NCBI GenBank assembly: GCA_050012075.1
Contig: JBEKHW010000006.1
Location: 1 to 59,507 of the forward strand
Direction: 5' to 3'
Origin: Candidatus Omnitrophota bacterium
Lineage (GTDB): Bacteria > Omnitrophota > Gorgyraeia > Gygaellales > Profunditerraquicolaceae
DNA length: 59,507 bases
The position numbers and the translations under genes were made by a program. Of the stretch, positions 43,544-51,462 are shown piece after piece. The notes beneath the pieces were generated by a model. It ran no database searches, was not told the DNA's origin, and saw only the letters and a program-made list of their open reading frames with translations. How positions within the stretch are numbered: the first letter of the stretch is position 1; the number at the start of each line of letters is the position of its first letter.

Positions 43544-43626
43544 GGGCAAGTGGTGGAATGGCATACACGACAGACTTAAAATCTGTTGGCCGCAAGGTCG
43601 TGAGGGTTCAACTCCCTCCTTGCCCA
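43544..43626 (+). tRNA. tRNA-Leu(TAA)
   Basis: Cloverleaf with long variable arm; ACAGA-CTTAAAA-TCTGT. Confidence 0.95.
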
Positions 43627-43722
43627 CTTTAATTTTGCGCCAAGCAAAATTAAAGTGCACTCAAGCGAGCGTAAAAAACCGCGACAAGCGGTTTAGCGAG
43701 CGAACGCTGCGTGGAGCACAGA

Positions 43723-43962
43723 ATGACAGAAGACAATTTTAAACCAATTTTTGAAACATATAATTCGGCCGACATCGCTTTCTTAAAATCAATATTAAAC
43801 TCAAAAGGCATTAATTTTGTTATAGAGAATGAAAATTATGCTGAGGTTCGTCCCCTTGCAGGCGTGCCTATGGTAGTAAAAGTGCGCACGAACCAGCTGG
43901 ATGAGGCCAAAAAGTTACTCAGCGATTTCAAGGGCGGTAAATTTGGGCAGGGGCAAGTTTAA
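43723..43962 (+). CDS. DUF2007-like small protein
   Basis: [15 protein letters not shown]...VKV...DEAKKLL pattern; GGAG SD before ATG 43723. Confidence 0.7.
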   Translation: MTEDNFKPIFETYNSADIAFLKSILNSKGINFVIENENYAEVRPLAGVPMVVKVRTNQLDEAKKLLSDFKGGKFGQGQV

Positions 43963-43979
43963 TTACAATCAATAGCTTC

Positions 43980-44053
43980 GGGCTCATAGCTCAGTTGGTT
44001 AGAGCGTTGCGTTGACATCGCAAAGGTCTGAGGTTCAAGTCCTCATGGGCCCA
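43980..44053 (+). tRNA. tRNA-Val(GAC)
   Basis: Cloverleaf; TTGCG-TTGACAT-CGCAA. Confidence 0.95.
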
Positions 44054-44112
44054 TTAAAATAAAATTTGCCTCTGGCGTATAAATTTTATTTTACGCCGAG
44101 CGATGCGAGGCG
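44054..44112. repeat. Double-hairpin intergenic element, divergent copy 3
   Basis: TTAAAATAA-AATTT-GCCTCTGGCGTAT-AAATT-TTATTTTAC; same loop and spacing as 12766. Confidence 0.75.
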
Positions 44113-44128
44113 GAAACAGAAGGTGTTT

Positions 44129-45856
44129 ATGGATCTAAATACTTTAAGACATTCTTGTTCACACGTAATGGCTCAGGCGGTAAAAGAAATGTGGCCGTGG
44201 GCAAAGCTCAGCATTGGTCCTGCGATCGAAGGTGGATTTTATTACGACTTCGATTTTAAAGACCGGCCTATCTCTGAAGATGCGCTTACGGGCATAGAAG
44301 ACAGGATGCGGGCAATCATTGAAAGAAACGAAGCTTTCACTAAAGAAGAATTGTCAAGGGAAGATGCAGAAAAGCTGTTTTATAATTTAGGCGAGATGTA
44401 TAAAGTAAGCTTAATTCGCGATAATATAGCAGACAAGAAAGTAACAATTTATCGTACAGGCAAAGATTTTACAGACCTCTGCCGCGGGCCGCATATAAAA
44501 TCTACAGGTGAAATCAAGGCCTTTAAGCTTCTATCGGTAGCAGGGGCATATTGGCATGGGATTGAAACAAATCCGATGTTGCAACGTATTTACGGCACCT
44601 GCTTTGAGACGCAAAAAGAGTTAGATGAGTATTTAAATAATTTAGAAGAGGCAAAGAAGCGCGACCACAGGAAATTAGGCCCTGCCTTAGGATTGTTTGA
44701 CATTTATCATGAAGAAGCAGGAGCGGGACTGGTGTTTTATCATCCAAGGGGGGCAATCTTACGTAAAATCATAGAAGATTACGAGAAAACAGAGCATTTA
44801 AAACGCGGGTATGAAATGGTGATTACCCCGCATATCATGCAGGCAGAACTCTGGAAGACAAGCGGGCACTACGACTATTATAAAGAGAATATGTACACTT
44901 TTAAGATAGAAGAAAGAGAGTTTGTGCTTAAGCCGATGAATTGCCCCGGCCATATCTTGATTTATAAATCCAAGACCAGGAGTTATAAGGAATTACCCGT
45001 AAGGTTTTTTGAGCTGGGCACGGTCTACCGCCATGAAAAAGCAGGGGTTTTGCACGGGCTTTTGCGCGTGCGCGGCTTTACGCAGGACGATGCCCATATA
45101 TTTTGCTTACCCGAACAGCTGAGGACGGAAATAAAAAGCGTCATAGATTTTGTATTTGATACGATGAAGGCATTTGGTTTTAACGAGGTAAGCATTGAAC
45201 TTAGCACGCGGCCGGAAAAATATATCGGCTCAACGGATGACTGGCAGGCTGCTACAGAGGCGCTGGAAGGCGCCCTGAAAGAAAAGGGACTTAGATACGA
45301 GATCAATGAAGGAGAAGGCGCATTTTACGGGCCAAAGATAGACATAAAATTAAAAGATGCGCTGAAGAGGTCCTGGCAATGCGCTACGATCCAGTGTGAT
45401 TTTGCGCTGCCAAAACGATTTAACCTCGAATATAACGACAGCGACGGGAAAGCAAAGCAGCCAATAATGCTGCACAGGGTTTTACTGGGCAGCCTTGAGC
45501 GGTTTATCGGGGCGCTGACAGAACATTATAATGGAGAATTTCCCTTGTGGCTGGCGCCAGTGCAGGTCGAGATTATTACCATCAAAGATTCGCTCGGAGA
45601 ATATGCCGGAAAGCTCAAGACCCTTCTAGAGGAACATTCCATACGCGTAGAGCTTGACGGCCGTAGCGATACCCTGGATAAAAAAATACGCAACGCAGAA
45701 ATTAACAAAATACCTTACTGCCTGGTTGTAGGTGAGCGCGAGGCAGCGGCCGGTACAGTGTCAGTACGCAGGAAAGGCAAGGGTAATATCGGGACTGTGC
45801 CTTGCGACGAATTTGTAAAAAATATAAGAGAAGAGATAGATAAAAGGGTTATCTGA
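44129..45856 (+). CDS. thrS: Threonine-tRNA ligase lacking the N-terminal TGS domain
   Basis: Start MDLNTLRHSCSH; DLCRGPH, KPMNCP, FYGPKID. Confidence 0.97.
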   Translation: MDLNTLRHSCSHVMAQAVKEMWPWAKLSIGPAIEGGFYYDFDFKDRPISEDALTGIEDRMRAIIERNEAFTKEELSREDAEKLFYNLGEMYKVSLIRDNIADKKVTIYRTGKDFTDLCRGPHIKSTGEIKAFKLLSVAGAYWHGIETNPMLQRIYGTCFETQKELDEYLNNLEEAKKRDHRKLGPALGLFDIYHEEAGAGLVFYHPRGAILRKIIEDYEKTEHLKRGYEMVITPHIMQAELWKTSGHYDYYKENMYTFKIEEREFVLKPMNCPGHILIYKSKTRSYKELPVRFFELGTVYRHEKAGVLHGLLRVRGFTQDDAHIFCLPEQLRTEIKSVIDFVFDTMKAFGFNEVSIELSTRPEKYIGSTDDWQAATEALEGALKEKGLRYEINEGEGAFYGPKIDIKLKDALKRSWQCATIQCDFALPKRFNLEYNDSDGKAKQPIMLHRVLLGSLERFIGALTEHYNGEFPLWLAPVQVEIITIKDSLGEYAGKLKTLLEEHSIRVELDGRSDTLDKKIRNAEINKIPYCLVVGEREAAAGTVSVRRKGKGNIGTVPCDEFVKNIREEIDKRVI

Positions 45857-45896
45857 TAAGTTCAGGCAATCCTTCAAAGACAGGGAGGTGGTCACC

Positions 45897-46403
45897 ATAA
45901 AAAAGTTTATCCGCATTAACGAGAGAATCAGGGTGCCGCAGGTGCGACTTATCGGGCCTGAAGGTAACCAGCTGGGGGTTGTGCCAGTGCAGAAGGCGCT
46001 TGAGATGGCCAATCAACATGAGCTTGATTTGGTAGAAGTCGCAGCCAGCGCAAGTCCACCGGTATGCCGGATAATCGATTACAGCAAGTTCAAATACGAC
46101 CAGGAGAAGAAGGAGCGGGAGGCCAAGAAGCACCAGAAACAGGGGCGCCTCAAAGAAATACGCCTGAAGCCAAACATCGACGAGCATGATTATATCACCA
46201 AGGTCAAACAGGCCACCGAGTTCCTCAAAAGAAAAGATAAGGTAAAGGTAAATCTTTTCTTCCGCGGCAGGCAGATGGAGCACGTGGATTTAGGAAGAAA
46301 AATTGTGGATAGATTTATTCTGGATACTCAGACCGAGGCGCTGTTGGAGAAGTCGCCAGGTATGGAAGGCAGGATAATGAGCTTTGTGCTTGCCCCGAAA
46401 TAA
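45897..46403 (+). CDS. infC: Translation initiation factor IF-3, probable ATA start
   Basis: RINERIR..VRLIG, DLVEV, FRGRQ; GGAGG lies 8 nt before an in-frame ATA. Confidence 0.93.
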   Translation: MKKFIRINERIRVPQVRLIGPEGNQLGVVPVQKALEMANQHELDLVEVAASASPPVCRIIDYSKFKYDQEKKEREAKKHQKQGRLKEIRLKPNIDEHDYITKVKQATEFLKRKDKVKVNLFFRGRQMEHVDLGRKIVDRFILDTQTEALLEKSPGMEGRIMSFVLAPK

Positions 46404-46434
46404 TATATAAAAAAAGAACAGGAGCTAAGGTCAA

Positions 46435-46635
46435 ATGGGAAAATTGAAAACAAAGAAAGGTGTTGCCAAAAGGTTCAAGCTGACCAAGAAAGGTAAAGTT
46501 AGTTATCATCACGGCGGCAAGAGCCATCTGGCCTCGAGCAAGAAAACCAGCCGTCTACGTAAACTTCGCCGGCCGGATACTATCGGAGACAGAAAGACAA
46601 AACGGTTTCTAAAAAGCATGTTACCGTACGGGTAA
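46435..46635 (+). CDS. rpmI: 50S ribosomal protein L35
   Basis: KLKTKKGVAKRFKLT; infC-rpmI-rplT order. Confidence 0.96.
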   Translation: MGKLKTKKGVAKRFKLTKKGKVSYHHGGKSHLASSKKTSRLRKLRRPDTIGDRKTKRFLKSMLPYG

Positions 46636-46647
46636 AAAGGAGTATTT

Positions 46648-46998
46648 ATGGCAAAAGCAAAACACAGTGTAGCTACGCGTAGAAGAAAGAAAAGGGTATT
46701 AAAACAGGCCAAGGGTTTCTGGGGGGACAGGAGCAAGCAGTTCCAACAGGCCCGCCGGGCCCTGATGCATGCCTTAACTTACGCCTATCGCGACAGGCGC
46801 GTAAAGAAAAGGGAATTCCGCAGGCTTTGGATAGTCCGCATAAACGCCGCCTGTAGAGAGACAGGTATAACTTACAGCGCTTTTATAAAGGGCTTAAAAG
46901 ACGCCAAGATAAACCTTGACAGAAAAATTCTGGCAGAGCTGGCGGTCAATGACCAGCACGCATTTAAAAAACTGGTAGAGCTCGTAAGAAAAAAGTAA
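46648..46998 (+). CDS. rplT: 50S ribosomal protein L20
   Basis: [28 protein letters not shown]. Confidence 0.97.
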   Translation: MAKAKHSVATRRRKKRVLKQAKGFWGDRSKQFQQARRALMHALTYAYRDRRVKKREFRRLWIVRINAACRETGITYSAFIKGLKDAKINLDRKILAELAVNDQHAFKKLVELVRKK

Positions 46999-47007
46999 GA
47001 CAAGTTC

Positions 47008-47652
47008 ATGTATGTAATTATAGTAGGTTGCGGCAGGGTCGGCTCAGAACTGGCAAAACTCCTTTCCGGAGAAGGCCATAATGTGGTGATAATTGACCGC
47101 AACCGCGATTCTTTCGACCGCCTCGGAGGGGCATTTAATGGCTTGACCCTGGCCGGAGAAGGTTTTGATTTAGAGCTGCTAAAACAGGCAGGCATTGAAA
47201 AAGCAGACGCATTCTGCGCCCTCACTAACGGCGACAACACCAATCTCATATCTGCACAGGTAGCCAAAAAGATTTTTAATGTCCCCAAAGTATTTGCGCG
47301 CGTTTATGACCCGCAGCGGGCGCATATTTATTCTGCCTTGGGTCTCGATATAATCAGCGGGACGATTCTTTTTGCCGCTATGCTTAGGGATAAAATCATT
47401 GAAAGCCGGTTTTCCAGTTATCTTATCGAAACAAAAGAGCTCGGCGTTATAGAAATAGAAGTCAAGAATGACCTTATTGGAAAGAGTGTCCAGGAGATAA
47501 ATAGCCCGGGAGATTTACTGGTAGCGGCCATCAGGAGATTAGACGGCGTAATTATCCCTGAAGCCGCTACGCTCTTAAAAGCAAAAGATACGCTGATGGC
47601 GGTAGTTAAAGTAGCCAGCTTAAAGAAAATAAAAGAGAAATTTAATATTTAA
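47008..47652 (+). CDS. trkA: TrkA-family K+ uptake regulatory (RCK) subunit 1
   Basis: IIVGCGRVG Rossmann fold; RCK_C domain. Confidence 0.9.
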   Translation: MYVIIVGCGRVGSELAKLLSGEGHNVVIIDRNRDSFDRLGGAFNGLTLAGEGFDLELLKQAGIEKADAFCALTNGDNTNLISAQVAKKIFNVPKVFARVYDPQRAHIYSALGLDIISGTILFAAMLRDKIIESRFSSYLIETKELGVIEIEVKNDLIGKSVQEINSPGDLLVAAIRRLDGVIIPEAATLLKAKDTLMAVVKVASLKKIKEKFNI

Positions 47653-47655
47653 AAG

Positions 47656-48318
47656 ATGTATATAATTATCGTCGGCGCAGGTAAAATAGGTTATTTTCTG
47701 GCAAAGCGGCTTTCAGCAGGGCAACACACGGTTATCGTGGTAGATAAGGATAAAAATCTCTGCGAGGAGCTGGCAAAAGAGCTAGAAGTGCTGGTTATCC
47801 ACGGCGACGGGTGCGACCCGAAGATCCTTGAGGAAGCCGGCATAGGCCGCGCTGATGTGTTGGCAGCGGTCACAGGAGAAGATGAAGACAACCTGATTAT
47901 CTGCCAGCTAGCCAAGGAGAAATTCAATGTCCAGCGCACTGTAGGGCGGGTGAATAATCCCAGCAACGAGCATACTTTCGCAGAACTCGGTATAGATGTC
48001 CCGGTAGACTCCACAAAGATTATTGCCAAAATCATTGAAGAGGAAGTTTCCTTTTCTGACTTTGTAAACCTGATGAGTTTCAAGCGCGGGAAACTGGCGA
48101 TTGTGCGCGTAGACCTTCCCGCGGATTCCCCGGTAATAAATAAGGCGATACAGGAGATCTCGTTCCCTGAGAATTCTGTGTTGGTTTCTATACTGCGGCA
48201 AGAAGAGGTGATTATCCCTAAAGGAAACACCGTCCTTAAGCCGGGCGATGACATCATTGCCCTGACTCTTATTGGCAATGAACCCCAGTTATTAAATTTG
48301 TTGGTCGGTAAACTCTGA
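47656..48318 (+). CDS. trkA: TrkA-family K+ uptake regulatory (RCK) subunit 2
   Basis: IIVGAGKIG, GDG, DEDNL, IPKGNTVL. Confidence 0.9.
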   Translation: MYIIIVGAGKIGYFLAKRLSAGQHTVIVVDKDKNLCEELAKELEVLVIHGDGCDPKILEEAGIGRADVLAAVTGEDEDNLIICQLAKEKFNVQRTVGRVNNPSNEHTFAELGIDVPVDSTKIIAKIIEEEVSFSDFVNLMSFKRGKLAIVRVDLPADSPVINKAIQEISFPENSVLVSILRQEEVIIPKGNTVLKPGDDIIALTLIGNEPQLLNLLVGKL

Positions 48319-48434
48319 TGAAAACAAGAATCCTCCTTTGCGCAGCATTGGGCATTTCTTCGGAAATCATTTATGCCCTAGGTATAGCCCTCTGCGCATT
48401 TTTAATTTGCCTCGCATTATCCTTTAAAATATGA
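48318..48434 (+). CDS. 38-aa hydrophobic membrane peptide; not in the ORF track
   Basis: MKTRILLCAALGISSEIIYALGIALCAFLICLALSFKI; TGATG overlap with trkA2 and ATGA overlap with trkH. Confidence 0.7.
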   Translation: MKTRILLCAALGISSEIIYALGIALCAFLICLALSFKI

Positions 48435-49936
48435 TCCTTAAGCCCCGCCTCAAAGAAGCCAAAGCAATAGGGTATTATCTTGGTAAAATCATTTTCGGCC
48501 TAAGCCTTACCATGCTAATCCCCATTTTATTCGGCCTAGCGACAAGAGAGGTTAATCCCGCATTGGACTTTTTTGTGGGGATGGAGATATCCCTGCTCTT
48601 CGGTTTAATCCTGACAAAGCTATGTTATACTGAGCAGGACTTGAACTGGATGCAGGGGATGATTGTAGTTTCTCTTTCCTGGATAGCGGCGATGGTGCTT
48701 GGGGCGATACCGCTTTATCTTAGCAGGCACTACGGTTCGTTTCTGGACACCTGTTTTGAAACCATGTCCGGTTTTACTACTACAGGACTTACCTTGGTGC
48801 AGGATTTGGACCACCTGTCATATACGCATAATTTATGGCGGCATTTAGGCCCGTTTATAGGGGGTCAGGGGATTGCCATCGTCGCGCTTTCATTTTTTGT
48901 GAAAGGCACCTCCGGCGCATTTAAAATATACGTAGGCGAGGCGCGCGAAGAAAAATTGTTGCCCAATGTGGTCCACACCTCCAGATTTATCTGGGCAATA
49001 AGCATCGCTTATTTAATTTTAGGCACACTTGCCTTGGGGGCAGTCGGTATCCAGATTGGCATGAGGCCGGGGAATTCTTTTTTTCACGGTGCCTGCGTGT
49101 TTATGGCGGGTTTTGACACCGCGGGCTTTGCACCGCAATCGCAAAATATACTTTATTACCATAGCCTGCTTTTTGAGGTGGTAACAATCGTAATAATGAT
49201 TTTAGGCGCGCTTAATTTTAACTTCCATTATCAGGTTTGGGCCGGGAACCGCAAAGAGGCGCTTAAAAACATAGAGACGCGGGCATTTTTTATCAGCGTA
49301 ACGCTCTTATTTTTTATTACCGCCATCGGTTTAAGCAAATTTGGTGTATATCAGAAGGCGATAGTGCTATTCCGTAAGGGGTTTTTCCAGCTCATATCAG
49401 GGCATACCACTACCGGCTACATGACCGTATACAGCCAACAATTTATCAATGAGTGGGGAGACCTGGCTTTGTTCGCTTTAATCTGCGCTATGGCGCTAGG
49501 CGGATGTATCTGTTCTACCGCAGGCGGTATTAAGATGCTGCGCATCGGCATTATTTTTAAAGCACTTTTAGAGGATATAAAAAGGATAATTTTGCCTGAG
49601 CAGGCTATTGTGGTGCAGAAGTTTCATCATATAAAAGAAATATTCCTGGAAGACAAACAGGTCAGGGGAGCACTCCTTATTACCATATCCTACATTGTTC
49701 TTTATGGCTTGGGCGCGGCCATTGGTATCTTCTTTGGATATCCATTCCTTAATTCCTTGTTTGAGTCTACTTCTGCTGCGGCAAATGTCGGGCTTTCCTG
49801 CGGCGTAACTTCGCCTGGCATGCCTATCGCGCTAAAGATTACCTATATAATCCAAATGTGGGCGGGTAGGCTTGAGTTTATCTCCATATTTACTTTAATC
49901 GGCTTTTTCGTAGCTGCGGTAAAAGGAAAAAAATAA
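48431..49936 (+). CDS. trkH: TrkH-family K+ channel subunit
   Basis: Four pore loops SGFTTTG/AGFDTAG/SGHTTTG/SAAANVG; STAGGIK; GRLE. Confidence 0.93.
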   Translation: MILKPRLKEAKAIGYYLGKIIFGLSLTMLIPILFGLATREVNPALDFFVGMEISLLFGLILTKLCYTEQDLNWMQGMIVVSLSWIAAMVLGAIPLYLSRHYGSFLDTCFETMSGFTTTGLTLVQDLDHLSYTHNLWRHLGPFIGGQGIAIVALSFFVKGTSGAFKIYVGEAREEKLLPNVVHTSRFIWAISIAYLILGTLALGAVGIQIGMRPGNSFFHGACVFMAGFDTAGFAPQSQNILYYHSLLFEVVTIVIMILGALNFNFHYQVWAGNRKEALKNIETRAFFISVTLLFFITAIGLSKFGVYQKAIVLFRKGFFQLISGHTTTGYMTVYSQQFINEWGDLALFALICAMALGGCICSTAGGIKMLRIGIIFKALLEDIKRIILPEQAIVVQKFHHIKEIFLEDKQVRGALLITISYIVLYGLGAAIGIFFGYPFLNSLFESTSAAANVGLSCGVTSPGMPIALKITYIIQMWAGRLEFISIFTLIGFFVAAVKGKK

Positions 49937-50475
49937 TGAGAAAAGTTCATGGTTTCCTCCGGAAGCGGATCAGCCTACGGCTGACATTGTTCATAGTTAA
50001 TAGTATAGTGTTTTTTTTGGCGCTATGCCTTATGCGTTACGCTACAAGCCCTTGTTACGCGCAGACCATCTCCAGCACGGATTTGATTAATCATGCACGG
50101 GAATACGATGGGAAAACGGTGGTCTATACAGGAGAAGTTATTGGTGATATAATGAAACGTGGAGAGTTTGCCTGGTTAAATGTCAATGACGGCTTAAACG
50201 CGATAGGTATCTGGACGAGCTTATCCCAGATTAAAGATTTGACGGCTACGGGTGGTTATAAAAGAATCGGAGATGAAGTAGAGGTTACAGGCGTATTTCA
50301 TCGCGCTTGCCCTGAGCATGGAGGAGATCTGGATATTCATGCTCAAGCGCTGCGTAAGCTTGCTGCTGGAAGACGGTTGCAGGAACGCCTGAATATTGAT
50401 GAAATACGTTTTGTAATTATTTTATTGGGGATATTAGGAGCGGTATGGATATTAACGCTATTAGGCAAGAAGTAG
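49936..50475 (+). CDS. Exported OB-fold-like protein with C-terminal TM anchor
   Basis: Signal-like N-terminus, YTGEVIGD...GDEVEVTGVF, C-terminal hydrophobic helix; TAATG-coupled to trkH. Confidence 0.65.
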   Translation: MRKVHGFLRKRISLRLTLFIVNSIVFFLALCLMRYATSPCYAQTISSTDLINHAREYDGKTVVYTGEVIGDIMKRGEFAWLNVNDGLNAIGIWTSLSQIKDLTATGGYKRIGDEVEVTGVFHRACPEHGGDLDIHAQALRKLAAGRRLQERLNIDEIRFVIILLGILGAVWILTLLGKK

Positions 50476-51458
50476 AACTGGAAGCAAAAGGGATAAATTC
50501 CCCCGAGTCGCTGGAGGGTTTTCGGAATAAATACCTGTCCAGAAAAGGCATACTTGCCCAATTAACCGGTGCTATACCGGGATTGCCGCAACAGGAGCGT
50601 GCCGGTTTCGGCAGGGAAGTCAATATCCTGAAGAGCCAGATATTATCCATAATTGAAGAGAGGCAAAAGGTTTTCGGCGCTAGATCTGGGAGGAGTTCTT
50701 CGGAAGGTATTGATATAGGTATGCCTGGTATTGCCCAGCCGCTCGGCCATCTGCACCCCATCACGCAAATTACGAACGAGATAAGCGATATATTTATACG
50801 CATGGGTTTTTCGGTCGTAGAGGGGCCGGAGGTAGAGACAGAATACAATAATTTTACGGGTTTAAATATACCCCTGGACCATCCTTCCCGGGATGCCTTT
50901 GATACTTTTTATCTTAAAGGTTATAATAAGCTGCTATTGCGCAGCCACACTTCTCCTGTCCAGGTGCGCGCAATGAAATCCCGCAAACCGCCTCTTGCAA
51001 TAATAGTGCCTGGCCGCGTATATAGGCCCGATGCAGTGGATGCAAGCCACTTATTTATGTTCCATCAGATAGAGGGATTCATGGTGGATGAAAATATAAG
51101 GTTCTCGGATTTAAAGGGGATCCTCGAGTTATTTGCAAAAGCAGTCTTCGGCAGCGAAATTAAGATGCGCTTCCGGCCGCATTTTTTCCCTTTTACAGAG
51201 CCATCGGCAGAAGTGGATATATCCTGCATAATCTGCAAAGGAAGAGGCTGTTCTGTGTGCGGCAGGAAAGGTTGGCTTGAGATTCTGGGTTCAGGTATGA
51301 TTCACCCCAATGTTTTTAAAAATGTCGGCTACGACTCCAAGAAATATACCGGCTTTGCCTTTGGGATGGGGATAGAGAGAATCGCGATGCTTAAATACGG
51401 CATAAATGATATCAGGCTGTTTTTCGAAAACGACTTAAGATTCCTGCAACAATTCTAA
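50445..51458 (+). CDS. pheS: Phenylalanine-tRNA ligase alpha subunit
   Basis: HPSRDAFDTFY, RSHTSPVQ, FPFTEPS, FAFGMGIER. Confidence 0.98.
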   Translation: MDINAIRQEVELEAKGINSPESLEGFRNKYLSRKGILAQLTGAIPGLPQQERAGFGREVNILKSQILSIIEERQKVFGARSGRSSSEGIDIGMPGIAQPLGHLHPITQITNEISDIFIRMGFSVVEGPEVETEYNNFTGLNIPLDHPSRDAFDTFYLKGYNKLLLRSHTSPVQVRAMKSRKPPLAIIVPGRVYRPDAVDASHLFMFHQIEGFMVDENIRFSDLKGILELFAKAVFGSEIKMRFRPHFFPFTEPSAEVDISCIICKGRGCSVCGRKGWLEILGSGMIHPNVFKNVGYDSKKYTGFAFGMGIERIAMLKYGINDIRLFFENDLRFLQQF

Positions 51459-51462
51459 AACT

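Noticed and set aside
44066-44128. N-terminal extensions in the ORF track (thrS here; also glmS, pyrC, pyrR, Mut7-C, Jag_N, TSUP)
   Set aside because: They run through repeat elements or upstream genes; downstream ATGs fit family N-termini, SD sites or coupling
44054-44128. T-box riboswitch before thrS
   Set aside because: The 75-nt spacer is too short and lacks the T-box motif; it is filled by the hairpin element
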